Shown here: piece by piece, positions 13,311-26,819 of the stretch | Numbering within the stretch: the first letter of the stretch is position 1 | Layout of the letters: each line of letters begins with the position of its first letter | DNA from: Octopus vulgaris | Lineage: Eukaryota | Direction of reading: 5' to 3' | Assembly (NCBI GenBank): GCA_951406725.2 | Contig: OX597831.1 | Coordinates: 52,886,001-52,950,000 of the forward strand | DNA: 64,000 bases | Made by a program: the position numbers and the translations under genes | Notes under the pieces: generated by a model | Seen by the model: only the letters and a program-made list of their open reading frames with translations | What the model was told of the DNA's origin: nothing | Database searches by the model: none

Positions 13311-13514
13311 TAAATATGAAAATAAATTCTCACTGAAATATACCTAATTAAAAATCTTTGGTTTCTTGATTTCTAAACTTTTTCCAGCTAAAACATTTAA
13401 TCTTCTTTGATCATGTTTGCTTTCGAGAATAATTGTTTAACTGTTTTATCTTTATTATGAGAAAAATTCATACGACTTAATTGTTAAGCATTTTAATATT
13501 TGTAGTTCTCATGA

Positions 13515-13720
13515 AGCAGAGAACTGGCAAAATCGTTAGCACGCTAGACAGAATGCTTAGTGGCATTTCATCCAATTTTACATTCTGGGTTCAAATTCTG
13601 CCAGGATTGACTTTGCCTTTCATCCTTTCAGTACTAGTTGAGCACTTAGGCCAAAGTAATCGACTTACCTCCTCCTCCCCCGAAATTGCTGGCCTTGTGC
13701 CAGAATTTGAAACCAATATT
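13515..13720 (+). mobile_element. tRNA-derived SINE family A (other + copies at 14935-15112, 19620-19825, 26538-26750)
   Basis: ctggcaaaatcgttagcac (A-box), gggttcaaattc (B-box), tail ggccttgtgccagaatttgaaacc. Confidence 0.8.
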
Positions 13721-16167
13721 TGTAGTTCTCATACAGCTGTGAGAAACTTCATTCTTTTCTCACATCATTTGTTTAAACATGTTAGTAAATACTTCCCACT
13801 TTCTTTTTATGTGATAGTTACTTTCTTATATGTTTTATTCTCATTGTCATCTTTTATTGATTATATTTCCATTAACCCATTGTGTGACACCTTGGGCAAG
13901 TGACTTCTACTACCACTCCAGGCTGACCAAAAGCTTGTGAGTAAATTTGGTAGGCAGAAACTGAAAGAATCCCAGTGTGTGTGTGAGAAGTGGTGTCTTC
14001 TTGTCTTGACATCACATAATTATTATAAACAAATGTCATACAGTCCTATGCATCCATTTCTATTATAGTCATTGCTTATTGATAAGTTCAATTGATTTTT
14101 TGCTACCATATAAATATATAATGGATGACTGATTGATTTAAAGTGCTTCAAACAAATATTCTGTCTACTACAATCTTCAAATATAAATACCAATTCCAAC
14201 TCTATATTATGAGTGATTCTTTTGCATTTATTGTCTGAAAACATGGTACATCATTTCGTTTTTAATCATCATCATCGTCACCATTATCATTTTACTGTCC
14301 ACTTTTCCATGATTGCATGGGTTGAACAGAGTTTATTGAGACAGGTTTTCCATGGTGGGATATCCTTCCTGGTTCCAGGCAAGGTATTTCCCCATAGCCA
14401 GACATGTTTTCACAAAATACTGGAAATGAATGACATTCATTTACTATTTACACAGTGTCAAGTCAAGAAGACACAAACATATACACACACATACATATGT
14501 GTATACACACAAACACACATATATATAGACGAGTTTCCATATAGTTTTCATCTACCAGATCCACTCACAAGGCTTTGGCCAACCTGGGACTATAGTAGAA
14601 AACACTTATCTAAGATGTCACATGGTGAGACTGAACCCAAAACCATGTGGTTGGGAAGCAAACCTCTTATGCCTGCTCCATAAACATTTTCAATGTTTAA
14701 CTGAGGTGATCATTAAAAGAATGCTCAAAATTATGTGGTAAGCAGTTATTTCTAGAATGTCACCATGGTATTGCTAGGTATTGGAATCAAATCTTAGACA
14801 AACAAGTTCCACTATGTCATCTGTTTGAAGATATTTTACTTCACTCTTCTCTTTTGATATTGGCAAATTCTCATCAAATGAATAAGGATTTCTTTAACAT
14901 TTTATCTCTTAATATATGAATTAGCTCAAGACCGCAAAGTGGCAGAATTGTTAGCACGGCAGGTGATATGCTTAGCAGCATTTCATCCATCTATACATTC
15001 TGAGTTTAAATTCCACTGAGGTTGACTTTGCCTTTCATCCTTTTGGGGTTGATGTAATTAACTTAGCCCCTCCCCCGAAATTGCTGGCCTTGTACCAAAG
15101 TTTGAAATCAATATATAAGTTAGCTTCTTTATTACCATTCATTCTATTTGTCAAAATGGTATATTGCATATGAGGTAATGTATGGCGATGAACAAAAGAA
15201 TGTATATCTTTTATCTTTTACTTGTACAGTTATTGTACAGTACACCACCTTGAAGTGTTTAGTCAAAGTGACTTTGGTACTTATTTTGAAGTCCGGTACA
15301 CTAAGTTATGGAGATGTAAACAAACTAACATCAGTTGTCAAGTGGTGGTGGAACACACAAATGATGGGCTTCCACTCAGTTTCAGTCTACCAAATCTGCT
15401 CACAAGGCATTGGTCAACTCAGAGCTGTTGTAGAAGACACTTACCCAAGGTGCTGCACTGTAGGAGTGAACCCAAAACCACTTGGTTGCAAAGCAGACTT
15501 CCTAACCAATCAGTGCCTATACCTATATCATATATATTCTGTTGTTCTTGCTTTTATTACAAATATTCATCTATATTTTCAGTCATCAGAAATAGACTGA
15601 CTTACAAAAAATCTGATAGTTGGAATAAAATATTTTAATGTTCTGTTGAGCCTTTAATAGTTATATTGTCCATAAAAGCAGGGAACCATCAGAAGTATTA
15701 TTAAATTACTTATATTATGTAGATCAATGGTTTTCCATTGGGATCCACATAAGATTTTGTTGTTAAAATTTATGTGCAACAAATTGGTCATATTTCTACA
15801 ATATACAAAATATTTAAACAATTTTATACAATTCCTCATAACATTAATCATAAAAATTTAATAGTTTTTAGACATTGAATGCCTATGAGGGTTTCCCCTC
15901 CACACAGGGGTAAAATAGGAATCAAAGGGGTCCATAGATAAAAAAAAATGGTTGAGAACCACTGATTTAGATACATCCATTTAGACAAGATTGAATTGTT
16001 TTGCCTTTTTATCATTTATTTCATGAACCCATAATTAATTGCAGTTCCTTGAACTGCATCTTTCTCCTATAGGAAAATGGTTGTTGCCCATGTATAAAAA
16101 AAAGCAATAATTGTATTCTTCAGAACACCATCAGACAATCTTTTGTCAACCACTAATATTATATTAA

Positions 16168-16377
<210 letters not shown>

Positions 16378-16621
16378 TGATGGGTTTCTGAAAAATATTT
16401 ATCCCCACTTAGATGTGGATGTTCTGTTAGATACCAGGTATCTGGTAGATACCACAAGCGAAACTCTCATTTTGGCTTTTGGTGCAGTCAAGCAGCCATC
16501 ATTGACAACACCAAGGTTGGTCAAAAGTTGTGTGATCTGATGATCTTGGCACAAGAGATGTCTCCTCGCTGGTGATATAAGCAAGAGTACATTTTGCACA
16601 AAAAGGCAATATGTGAGTTTC

Positions 16622-16760
16622 TTACATTATTTACATTTGACGGATATTCATCCTCATCTTGTTTGTTGTTAACACGTTTCAGCTGATATACCCTCCAGCC
16701 TTCATCAGGTGTCTTGGGGAAATTTCAAACTTGGGTTCTCATTCCTAAGGTATTTTTCTC
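16622..16760 (-). mobile_element. Penelope-like repeat remnant with a degenerate hammerhead (16671-16713)
   Basis: Minus strand GACAC-CUGAUGA-A-GGCUGG(AGGGUAUA)UCAGCU-GAAAC-GUGUU. Core and stems I/II are present but there is no NUH triplet. Confidence 0.55.
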
Positions 16761-17449
16761 CATAATTGCCCATGGGCATGTAAAAAACCAGAAAAATAAT
16801 CCAGAATCCTTGTCCAGTACCTGATCGATCCCAATGGTAGTCATGGAATGTGAAGGTGGGTGTTTGTAATGCTGTGTGTATGTCGTCTGCAGTGGGAACA
16901 GGGACAGTTTTCTCTATGAAGGCCTTTTTTAGTCAATCTATTGATATAGTGTCTTTATGACCATTAAGGTCTATAGTAAAAAATTTATCTGTGTGTAAAA
17001 GAAAATGGAAAGGACTTGCATACGGTGCTGTTAACAGAGGCTTAACAACATCGTTGCACTCAAAAACGCAAGTCCAAGAAGTAAAGTTTCCTTCGAGGCA
17101 GAGCTAGAAATGCAAGTAAGTCAGAGGTTTTAAACAGGAGCAATATATTCAAAATTGGTAAAACTAAAAATTGTCAAGGATAAATTAAATTTATTATTGT
17201 TACTGAATATATTAGTGTTATTTAGTTTCTGAATGGTTTTGCTGTTGTTTGTTTATGTAGTTTGATTTCTTTATCCATCAGTTTCTACTAAGATAGAGAC
17301 ATGAATAAAATCAATAATAGCAAAAGGAAAATAAAACTTTGGAAACAGCAATGCCATCATAACTTATATGGAAACCAAGAGTGTGCTTTCAAGGGAGATA
17401 ATCAGAGAAAGACTTGAAAGTAAACGTAAGATTATAATACTTTATGTAA

Positions 17450-17645
17450 ATAATCCAGAGAATCCTTGTCCAGTACTGGATTGATCCCCAAATCTAATCA
17501 GTTTGTGCCAGTCATGAGGCCAAACATCCCTGAAAGTTTCATCCGAATCCATCCAGTGTTTCTTGAGATATCTTGTCCACAGACAAACAAACAAACAAAC
17601 ACAACTGAAAACAATACCTCTGCCTTCGCTAAGGCAGAGGTAATA
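17450..17645 (+). mobile_element. Helentron-associated (HINE/DINE-1-like) 3' end
   Basis: (ACAA)n microsatellite followed by a terminal hairpin tacctctgcctt-cgct-aaggcagaggta (17615-17642). The motif aatccttgtccagtac also occurs near 16805. Confidence 0.55.
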
Positions 17646-18531
17646 ATCATGTTGTTTTTGTGGGTGGGTTGTTTTTTTGGCAGTAATGTCCATTTTCTTT
17701 GGATAAGTGTTACAAAACAAATGTTAGTAAAAGAAATGGACTCAAATTTGGTTGAAATGACCCTAGCTTATTACTGGATACCTTACGTTGCTTGCATTAT
17801 TAAAAAAAATTGTAATTTATTACTGAGAAAATCTCTGCATTTTCACAATTTTATAACCCAAAATTCATTTTACATTTACATCTGGGTCTTAATAATGATC
17901 ATATTTAGGGAATTCCCACACCTTAAATTTTGAACTGAATGACTTTCAACAAATGAATCAGCTTTTGAGTTTATGTACTTCATGTGGTTTTATTTTGATT
18001 CTTCTCTAATAGAAATAGAGGAGCTGTTGCCTTTATGTACATTGTTTCTTTTCCCCTAATTGTTAGGTTTACTTAAAATGCTATATTTAGATATTTATTT
18101 TACATGTAATTAAAGGCAATAATATAAAATATGATTTTATTGGTGTCACTTTTTACATAAATTCTACTTTGAAGTCTCTTTAATTTGTTTTCTTCATTTT
18201 TTTTTTTTTAACTGAGTCAGACATGCTAGATTCCTTAAAGATATATGTTCAACTATACACCTAAGCCATTCAATTAATGCAATACTTGTACTTTTGTTAG
18301 CACCCACAACCTCTTTTGTGAGATATATGAAGCTATGAATAACCTCATGCATTGTTATGTGCTGTCAGCTATGAATAACAAATTTTTCTTTCACAATCCT
18401 ATTTTATTCACAGTTTCTTTGTGTAGCTTAAGTTTGTTTATTCCATGCATGTCTACAAATATAACTTATTCGCTGTTCTTACATATAATAACTATCATAC
18501 CCATAAGGCTTTGAAGAATGGATTCAGCATT

Positions 18532-18575
18532 TGTAGCTGACGATGCCCAACATGCAGAAATGCATGCATCCTATG
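18532..18575 (+). ncRNA. Minimal type I hammerhead ribozyme with canonical core, in GOT1 intron 3 (sense)
   Basis: UGUAG-CUGACGA-UGC(CCAACAU)GCA-GAA-AUGCAUGCAU-C^CUAUG: stems I, II and III pair, all core residues are present, AUC cleavage triplet (cut after 18570). Confidence 0.7.
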
Positions 18576-19156
18576 GTTCTTGAGTTATCTTTGAATGGGT
18601 GACTTGGTGTTAATACTTGCAAGAAAGTGGACTCTGCTAAAGGCACCCTAGGGCCAGGCAGTGGTGTTAAATCTTATTCAAAAGCTCAAGTTACTATCCA
18701 AACACAGCTATAGTCCATGCAACTTGCTTCTGTAAAGTTTCCATTTACCTAATTTCACTCACAATGCTTAGAACAGCCTTGGTCAAGGAACCACACAATG
18801 GGATTGAACCTGGAACCATGTGATTATGAAGCTAATTTATTTATCATAACCACATAGCCATGCTTTGTGTTATATGGAAACAAAGGAAATATAATCTCTT
18901 AATTTATACTTAGTTAGAAAAATGATGTATATAATCTCTAAGGAAACAATTTTTCATTAGTGTTCAGCTATTGTACTCAAGCAAAATAAAAATCTGAATT
19001 AATGTGGTGGACAAAAAGAAAACAAAATTATTTCTTTTATAAATATAGTTGCTTTTTATTTATTTCTATTCCAAACTCGTTCAGAAAGCTTTTGAACAAA
19101 TTCTTTTAAGACTCTTTATAAACTAGAGCCTCTTGGTTGTCTGGCTACTTTTTTTC

Positions 19157-19187
<31 letters not shown>

Positions 19188-19507
19188 ATAACCTAGAATT
19201 TTTCATATCTTTACTCTTAATAATTACCTTGATAATTTATCCTTACTTCTGCTTCAAACTTTCACAGCAATAACATGACTGGACAGGACAGTCTGGTTAT
19301 TGTTGTTTCACTTCCATGACTAGTACTACTGCATTTCCCATTAATATAAATTACTCTTATCTTCTTAAATTTGTTTTTATTCTTAAATCATTCATCTAAA
19401 CAGACATTGTTACTAACTTTACCTAAACTGTTTTTTATATATTTCAGTTTCCATCATACTAAATTTACTCTAAGTTTTAGTTTTCATTTTGCAACTTCTT
19501 GAAATTT

Positions 19508-19509
19508 AA

Positions 19510-19574
<65 letters not shown>

Positions 19575-19612
19575 CATTATTATTAATAATCATTATTAAT
19601 TATTATTAATTA
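19508..19612. repeat. (TAA)n followed by (TTA)n trinucleotide microsatellite
   Basis: Directly visible; the arrangement is self-complementary. Confidence 0.9.
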
Positions 19613-19927
19613 TTTACTGCAAGTTGGCAGGGTCGTTAGCATGCCAGGCAAGATCTTTAGTGGCATTTTGTCCATCTCTGTTTTCTGAGTTCAAATTCCA
19701 TCAAGGTCTACTTTGCTTTCATCCTTCAGGGATCGACAAAATAAGTAGTAGTTTAGTACTGGAGTCGCTGTAATCAACTAACCCACTTCATCAAAGTTGC
19801 TGGCCTTGTGCCAAAATTTGAAATAATTACTACTACTACTACTATTAGTACAGAATTAATCCTGAAGAACAGACATAGAATCATTAATGTTTTGATGAAA
19901 ATTTACAAAGCTTCTTTTATTATTCAG

Positions 19928-20040
19928 GAAACCACAAGGGTGTCTACATGGCTGCTGGCTTTACCAACGTCAAAGAGTACCGATATTGGGATGCTCAAAC
20001 CAGAAGCTTAGATATTAATGGCATGGTTGAAGATCTTAAT
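19928..20040 (+). CDS. GOT1: GOT1 coding exon 4 (113 bp)
   Basis: attcag| ... |gtaaga. (G)NHKGVYMAAGFTNVKEYRYWDAQTRSLDINGMVEDLN; phase matches the neighbouring exons. Confidence 0.96.
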
Positions 20041-20436
20041 GTAAGATATTTTGCTTATTATTATGATTATGAAAATAACATTTTCTTTGGCAGAATCGAG
20101 AAAGAATTAGTGTCTTCATTTTTTTCATTTGATAGTTGGAAATAATTGTCACTGTCATACAAGCAGAGTCATTCTTTCCCAATATTCTGGTGACTGGAAG
20201 GACATCTGCCTCAATAAATTCTGTCCAACCCATGCAAGCATAGAAAAATGGACATTAAAAAAATGATAATGATGTGGTCGAATATCTCTGGTTTCAGTCT
20301 CAAAATTTGTTTGGTAAATGTTTTAACTTCAATTCAGCCTACCTTGCTTCATTGAAAATAAATACCAGCATCATTTTGTAGCAGTGGTTGACACTTTGAA
20401 AGAAATCTACACAAAATTACCTCTTAGAGAAATTCC

Positions 20437-20855
20437 AGGCACAGGCATGGCTGTGTGGTAAGAAGTTTGCTTCCCAACCACATTGTCTCAGGTTCAGTCC
20501 CACTGCATGGGACCTTGGACAAGTATCTTCTATTATAACTTCAGTTTGACCAAAACCTTGTGAGTGGGTTTGATAGATGGAAACTCAAAGGAAACTATTG
20601 TGTGTGTGTGTGTGCACGCACATGTGCTATTGTCTCTTTGCCTTGACATTGTGTGATAGTTATAAATGAATAGCACCATCACGCAAGCAGTGTCCCTCAT
20701 TTCCAGTCTTTCATAAAAAACATGTCTGGTCATGGGGAAATATTACCTTACTTGGAAACAGATGAGGGCTGGTAACAGGAAGGACATCCAGCCATAGAAA
20801 AACCTGCCTTGACTAATTCCATCCAACCCATGCAAGCATGGAAAAGTGAACATTA
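20437..20855 (+). mobile_element. Full-length SINE family B' (others at 22540-22930, 23400-24230 nested, 27100-27510, 47725-48130(-), 51770-52230)
   Basis: tRNA/CORE head plus ggggaaatattacctt.cttggaaacagg..aggaaggg catccagcc..aacccatgcaagcatggaaaag tail. Confidence 0.82.
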
Positions 20856-21017
20856 AGAAATAGGGGGGTAACCCATAATGCCTAGATTTCTGCAGGGGTG
20901 TGAATGTTTACAGAAAAAATTTACCACTATATGCATGTTTTGGGGAATGTGAAAGGGGTTAACTGATGCTATTCAAATGAAATAAAATCATTATGCATCC
21001 ATGTATATTCTTAATAT

Positions 21018-21357
21018 GTGGAGGCATATGGCTCAGTGGTTAGAGTGTTGGGCTCACAATCATGAGGTGGTGAGTTTGATTCTTGGACCAGGCTGGGTAT
21101 TGTGTTCTTGAGCAAGTTACTTTATTTCATTTTGCTCCAGTTCACTCAACTGTAGAAATGAGCTGCAATGTCACTGGTACCAAGCTGTATCGGCCTTTTC
21201 CTTTCCCTCAGATAACATCAGTGGTGTGGTGAGGGGAGGCTGGTATGCATAGGTGACTACTGGTCTTCCATAAACAACATGGCCCAGACTTGTGCCTCAG
21301 AGGGTAACTTTCTTGGTGCAATCCCATGGTCATTTATGACTAAAGGAGGTCTTTACC
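21018..21357 (+). mobile_element. tRNA-derived SINE family D (related copies at 22172-22450(+) and 51300-51635(-))
   Basis: tggctcagtggttagagtg (A-box), gagtttgattc (B-box), central gtgttcttgagcaag..ctttatttca domain. Confidence 0.8.
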
Positions 21358-21648
21358 TATATACTTAATATTTTGTTTGTAACTTCTCTAAATATTAAAC
21401 ATTTGAACAATAACAGACCAGCTACCTAATAAAGTCAAGTTTTTATTAATGGTCTTCTTTATATTTTTTATCTTTGTTGTGATTTATTTCAGAAGTTTTT
21501 ACACCTATTCTGCATCAGATAAATAATTTTATTAATAATTCCAAATTGAGATTTGGCTTAAGCCATTCTCAATATTTTGTAAGATCTTTCTTCTCAGATA
21601 TAACTTCATATGGCAAAGATACTAAAAAGGTGTTGTGGGCTGAGATAA

Positions 21649-21879
<231 letters not shown>

Positions 21880-23004
21880 TGAAACGGTCAAAATATTAAT
21901 GAAAATAAAATTAGAGACCAACAAAAACTAAGGACAGTTTATATCAAGTAAAATCAGATAAGATTCAAAGGTGTCACAAGAAGATAGTGAATACTATATA
22001 ATGTCTTTTGTAGGCTTTTCTTTGGAGAAGATAAGAAAACTGTCAGACTTCCCATATCTTCCCCAAAGGAGAGTTCTGTCATATGCAGAAGGATCCACCT
22101 CTCCTTATCACAGCACCGTCTTATTCCATTTTGTGACCTGCATTTTTGAATACACACACATCACACACTAAGTATGGCTTAATGGTTAGGGTATTCAGCT
22201 CATAATTGTAAGGTTGTGAGTTCGATTCCTGGTGACATGTTGTGTCCTTGAGCAAGATGCTTTATTTCACATTGCTCCAGTCCACTGATCTGGCAAAAAT
22301 GAGTTGAACCTGTAATTCAATAAACCAGCTTTGTCACATTCTGTCTGTCACACTAAATCTCCCTGAGAACTATGTTACAGGTAGACATGTCTGTAAAGTG
22401 TTTGGCCACTAGTAAGTTAATTTTGCCAGCAGGCTGTTCCATTAATCAGATCAGTTGGAACCCTTGTCCTTTTTTTTATTGCTGATTTTGAATAAAAGAT
22501 CAAACTATGATTTAATTCCAAAGTGATTACCTTTCATAATTAAGAAGCTTGCTTCCCAAACACGTGGGCTCTGGTTCTGTTGCACTGGGTAAAACCTGGG
22601 CAAGTGTCTTCTACTATAGCCCAAGCTGACCAGAGCCTTGTGAGTAGATTTGCTAGGTAGAAACCAAAAGAAGCCCATCATGTGTGTATACCCTAGTCTA
22701 GATATCATGTGGTGTTTGTAGATGAGCATCATTGTCCTACAAGCAAGATTAGTTCTTTCAAATCTTTCATGTAAAACAAGTCTGGTAGCATGAAAATAAT
22801 ATACCTTGCTTGGAAACAGGTGAGGGTTGATGACAGCAAGGGCATCCAACCATAGTAAATCTGCCGCAACAAAATTCATCTAACTCATGCAAGCATGGAA
22901 AAACAGATATTAAATGATGATGATGATGACAACAACAGTATCTGGCTGTAGAAAATCTGCCTCCAAAAATTGTCTGCCCCATGCAAGTATGGCTTAGTGG
23001 TTAG

Positions 23005-23304
<300 letters not shown>

Positions 23305-24442
23305 TAACTGGTAAACATTCTGCTATTTTCAATAATGATATATATCTGTGGAACTGCTATTTCCATATTTTCTGTAATATAATAGATACATATATTGACA
23401 CAGGCGTGTTTGTGTGGTCGAGAAGCTTACTTTCCAACCATGTGGTCTTGGTGCAGTGCCACAGTGTGAAACTTTGGGAAAGTGTTGTCTATTATATAAC
23501 CCTCAGTTGTTGAGCTTCATGGAGGCAATGCCAAGTTAGCAAGACTTCTGATATTTTGTTGTGCTTGAAAAGATATGTCAAGCTAAGTGAATCATGGTCA
23601 TTTCCAGTGCCAGTGACACATGTAAAGTACCCATGCTAGTGCCACTTTGAAGAAATCCAGGCCTGTGACACATAAAAGACACATGTAAGAAACAGTCAGT
23701 ATGCTCTGTAAAGTGGTTGGCATTAGGAAGGGCATCCATCCATAGAAACCAAGCCAAAACAGACGACTTGAGCCTGGTGCAGCATTCCAGCTTACCAGTT
23801 CTAGTCAAACTGTCTAACCCATACCAGCATGGAAAACATGTTAAATGATGATAATGAGGACAAAGCCTTGTGAGTTAGTTAGTTAGTTAATTTTTTGGCT
23901 CAAAAAGCAAAAGAATTTGGATGATGGAAACTGAAAGGAAACCTATCATATATGTATCTGTATACATGTGAGGATTTGCACGTGCCCTTGTCTTGACATT
24001 ATGTGTTGATTGTAAATGAGCATCACCATCATACAAGCTTAATTGTTTGTATCTAGCATTCAGTGAAAAATATGTCAAATCATGAGGAAATATAACCTTG
24101 CTTGGGAACAAGTGAGTGAGTGTTGGCAACAGGAAGGGTATCCAACCGTAGAATATCTATCTCCTCAAATTCTGTCTGACCCATGCAAGCATGGAAAAGT
24201 GAGTGTTAAATGATGAGGAGGATGATGGCGACAACAACAATGACCACTCAGTTGAATTTTAGTAAAGATATATTCATTTTAGATTGTTATAATTATCTTA
24301 CATGTAACATTAGTAATTATTACTTGACATATAGATATATTATGATGAAACCAGTTGTGATCATAGCTACTCCTAAATAATGTTATAATCAGAGAAAAAA
24401 ATTATGGTTTTGATATGCCCTTTTTTTTTTTTTTTAACCTAG

Positions 24443-24608
24443 ATGAACGTATCGGAAACCTAGTCCTTGTCTGTAATACTACCAATGCCATGGAGCGATG
24501 CAGTTCCCAGCTGGAAATCATTGTGCGGCGTATCTGGTCCAACCCCCCTAATCATGGGGCACGTGTGGTTGCTACTGTCTTGAACAACCCTTCATATTAC
24601 AACGAATG
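24443..24608 (+). CDS. GOT1: GOT1 coding exon 7 (166 bp)
   Basis: Poly-T tract then acctag| ... |gtaagt. (N)ERIGNLVLVCNTTNAMERCSSQLEIIVRRIWSNPPNHGARVVATVLNNPSYYNE(W) contains R266, R292 and the cytosolic-type WSNPP. Confidence 0.97.
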
Positions 24609-24856
24609 GTAAGTCAGATCAATGCAAATGGTCTTCTTCGGTGGGTAGAGTACCATAGAGTAGAAGGAAATCTTCACACAAATTTTATAAGACCACCATA
24701 GTTTATGGGGTAAACAAATAGGAAATAACAGTTGCTACCCAAGAACATAAATCATGTTACATAGTGTAATCTAGGACAGTTGTATCTGTAATTCCTAAAA
24801 AAAAGTCTCAAAATTTCTGGAGTGCCCTTCATATATTGTGTTCTGTCTCTCTTTAA

Positions 24857-25063
<207 letters not shown>

Positions 25064-26268
25064 TAGCTTACATTATAAATGAAAATAACATAATAAATTA
25101 TTAGGTCGGGTATTTACCTTTGATTTTTGGTTTTTTACTTGTTACAGTTATTGAACTGTAACCATGGCCACCTCCTTGAAGGGTTTAGTACTTATATTGG
25201 TTTTCTTTACTGAACCACTAAATTACAGTGATGTAAACAAACCAACACCACATTATTTTCACTTAATCATGCATTATCTCAGAACTTCAAGATTATGATG
25301 TTGTGATTTTATATTTATAGAATAACATTGTAGGGTAGGTGTAAGAGGCCAGATCTGGCCAGTTTGGATGTAAAACAGGTACAATATTTGGGCCAGATAC
25401 AGCCAGTTTAAATGCCAAAGAGTTAAATGTTAAAGCTTTAAACCCAAAAGCGTATGGTTGTAAACTGAGTTTCTAAACCACACACCCATAATTAATACCA
25501 TGAAACCAGAGCTGGGCCATTTATGGCTTAGAAGGTGGAATTAAATACATATTTTGTGCATAAATATGTATAGCTGTGCAGGTATTTATGTGTATATCAA
25601 TGTGATTACACTGTATAACAAAATTTTTATTTTTTTTTTTATCTTTGGTCATTAAGTGTTATTTCCTATTTGCTTCTATCAAGAAATCAAAGGAAATGAC
25701 TACTATTTCTTGCAAACTTTGCTTTTAATGATATGGACATCAATGTTTTGAAAACTGACTTATTTTCCATTGCATTTCAGACCGATCTAGTGCTTAGTTG
25801 CTGAAGCAGAATATCATTATAGCAAATATTCTCGCTCAATACCACAAATTTGCTTGTCAGTTGCTTGACCTTAACCACTTGAGCATGTCCCTTATTGGCT
25901 GACAATATGTGCATCTCTGAATAGTGGAAGAGCATCATAGCCATTATTGAGGGGGATTCTTTGGGGTTTGAATAAATATCAACAAAAGCAAAGTTTGAAG
26001 GAAATATTAACCATTTTATATACTTTCTGGGGGTAAGCAAATAAGAAATAGCAGTTGCTACCCAAGGACAAAAATCGTGTTAGACAGTGTTATCAGTCAC
26101 ATAATTAAGAATATGATTTCATAACATCTTACAGAATGTTTTCAGTGGAATTTCTTGCTTTTTTTGTTTTTTCTCCTTTAATAAATTGCTTTCGTGTTAT
26201 AGATTGTGATGCTTAATAAAAAAAAAAATTTTTTTGAAAAAACTTTTCAATTCTTTTTCTTCTTCCAG

Positions 26269-26402
26269 CAACTCAAGTTGACAAGATGGTTAAGAAATTC
26301 CACATCTATTTAATTAAGCAAGGACGAATAAACATGTGTGGCCTGAATAGCAGCAACTTAGATTATGTAGCGAGTGCAATCTACGATGTTGTTGTGAACT
26401 AG
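26269..26402 (+). CDS. GOT1: GOT1 last coding exon 9 to stop (134 bp, TAG at 26400-26402)
   Basis: ttccag| then (P)TQVDKMVKKFHIYLIKQGRINMCGLNSSNLDYVASAIYDVVVN*, containing GRIN (R386). Exons 2-9 join into one open frame of 367 codons. Confidence 0.96.
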
Positions 26403-26819
26403 CCAGGAGAAAATAAACTTTAGGTATATTTCAATTTCTCTTTTTCCCCAAATATTATATAAAATAAAAAGATATTGTGCTGTATTGTTTAAAGAGGATA
26501 ATTAAATTGATTATTAATATTTTGTTGTTGATTGAGCAGCAAGCTGGCAGAATCATTACTGTACCAGGCTAAATACTTAGCATTTTGTTCATCTTTACAT
26601 TCTGAGTTCAAATTCTACCAAGGTTGACTTTAGCTTTCATTCCTTTTGAGGTCAATAAAAGAAGTACCAGTTGAATACTGGAGTCGATGTAATCTACCTA
26701 ACCTTTCCCACTGAATTGCTGATCTTGTGCCAAAATTTGAAACCAATATTTTGTTGTAGATTGGCAGAATACCTTATGGTATTTTGTTACAATTTTTTAC
26801 ATTCTGAGTTCATATCACA

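Noticed and set aside
21018-21095. tRNA-like sequence with A and B boxes (also 12932 and 22172)
   Set aside because: These are SINE heads continuing into SINE bodies; no complete cloverleaf.
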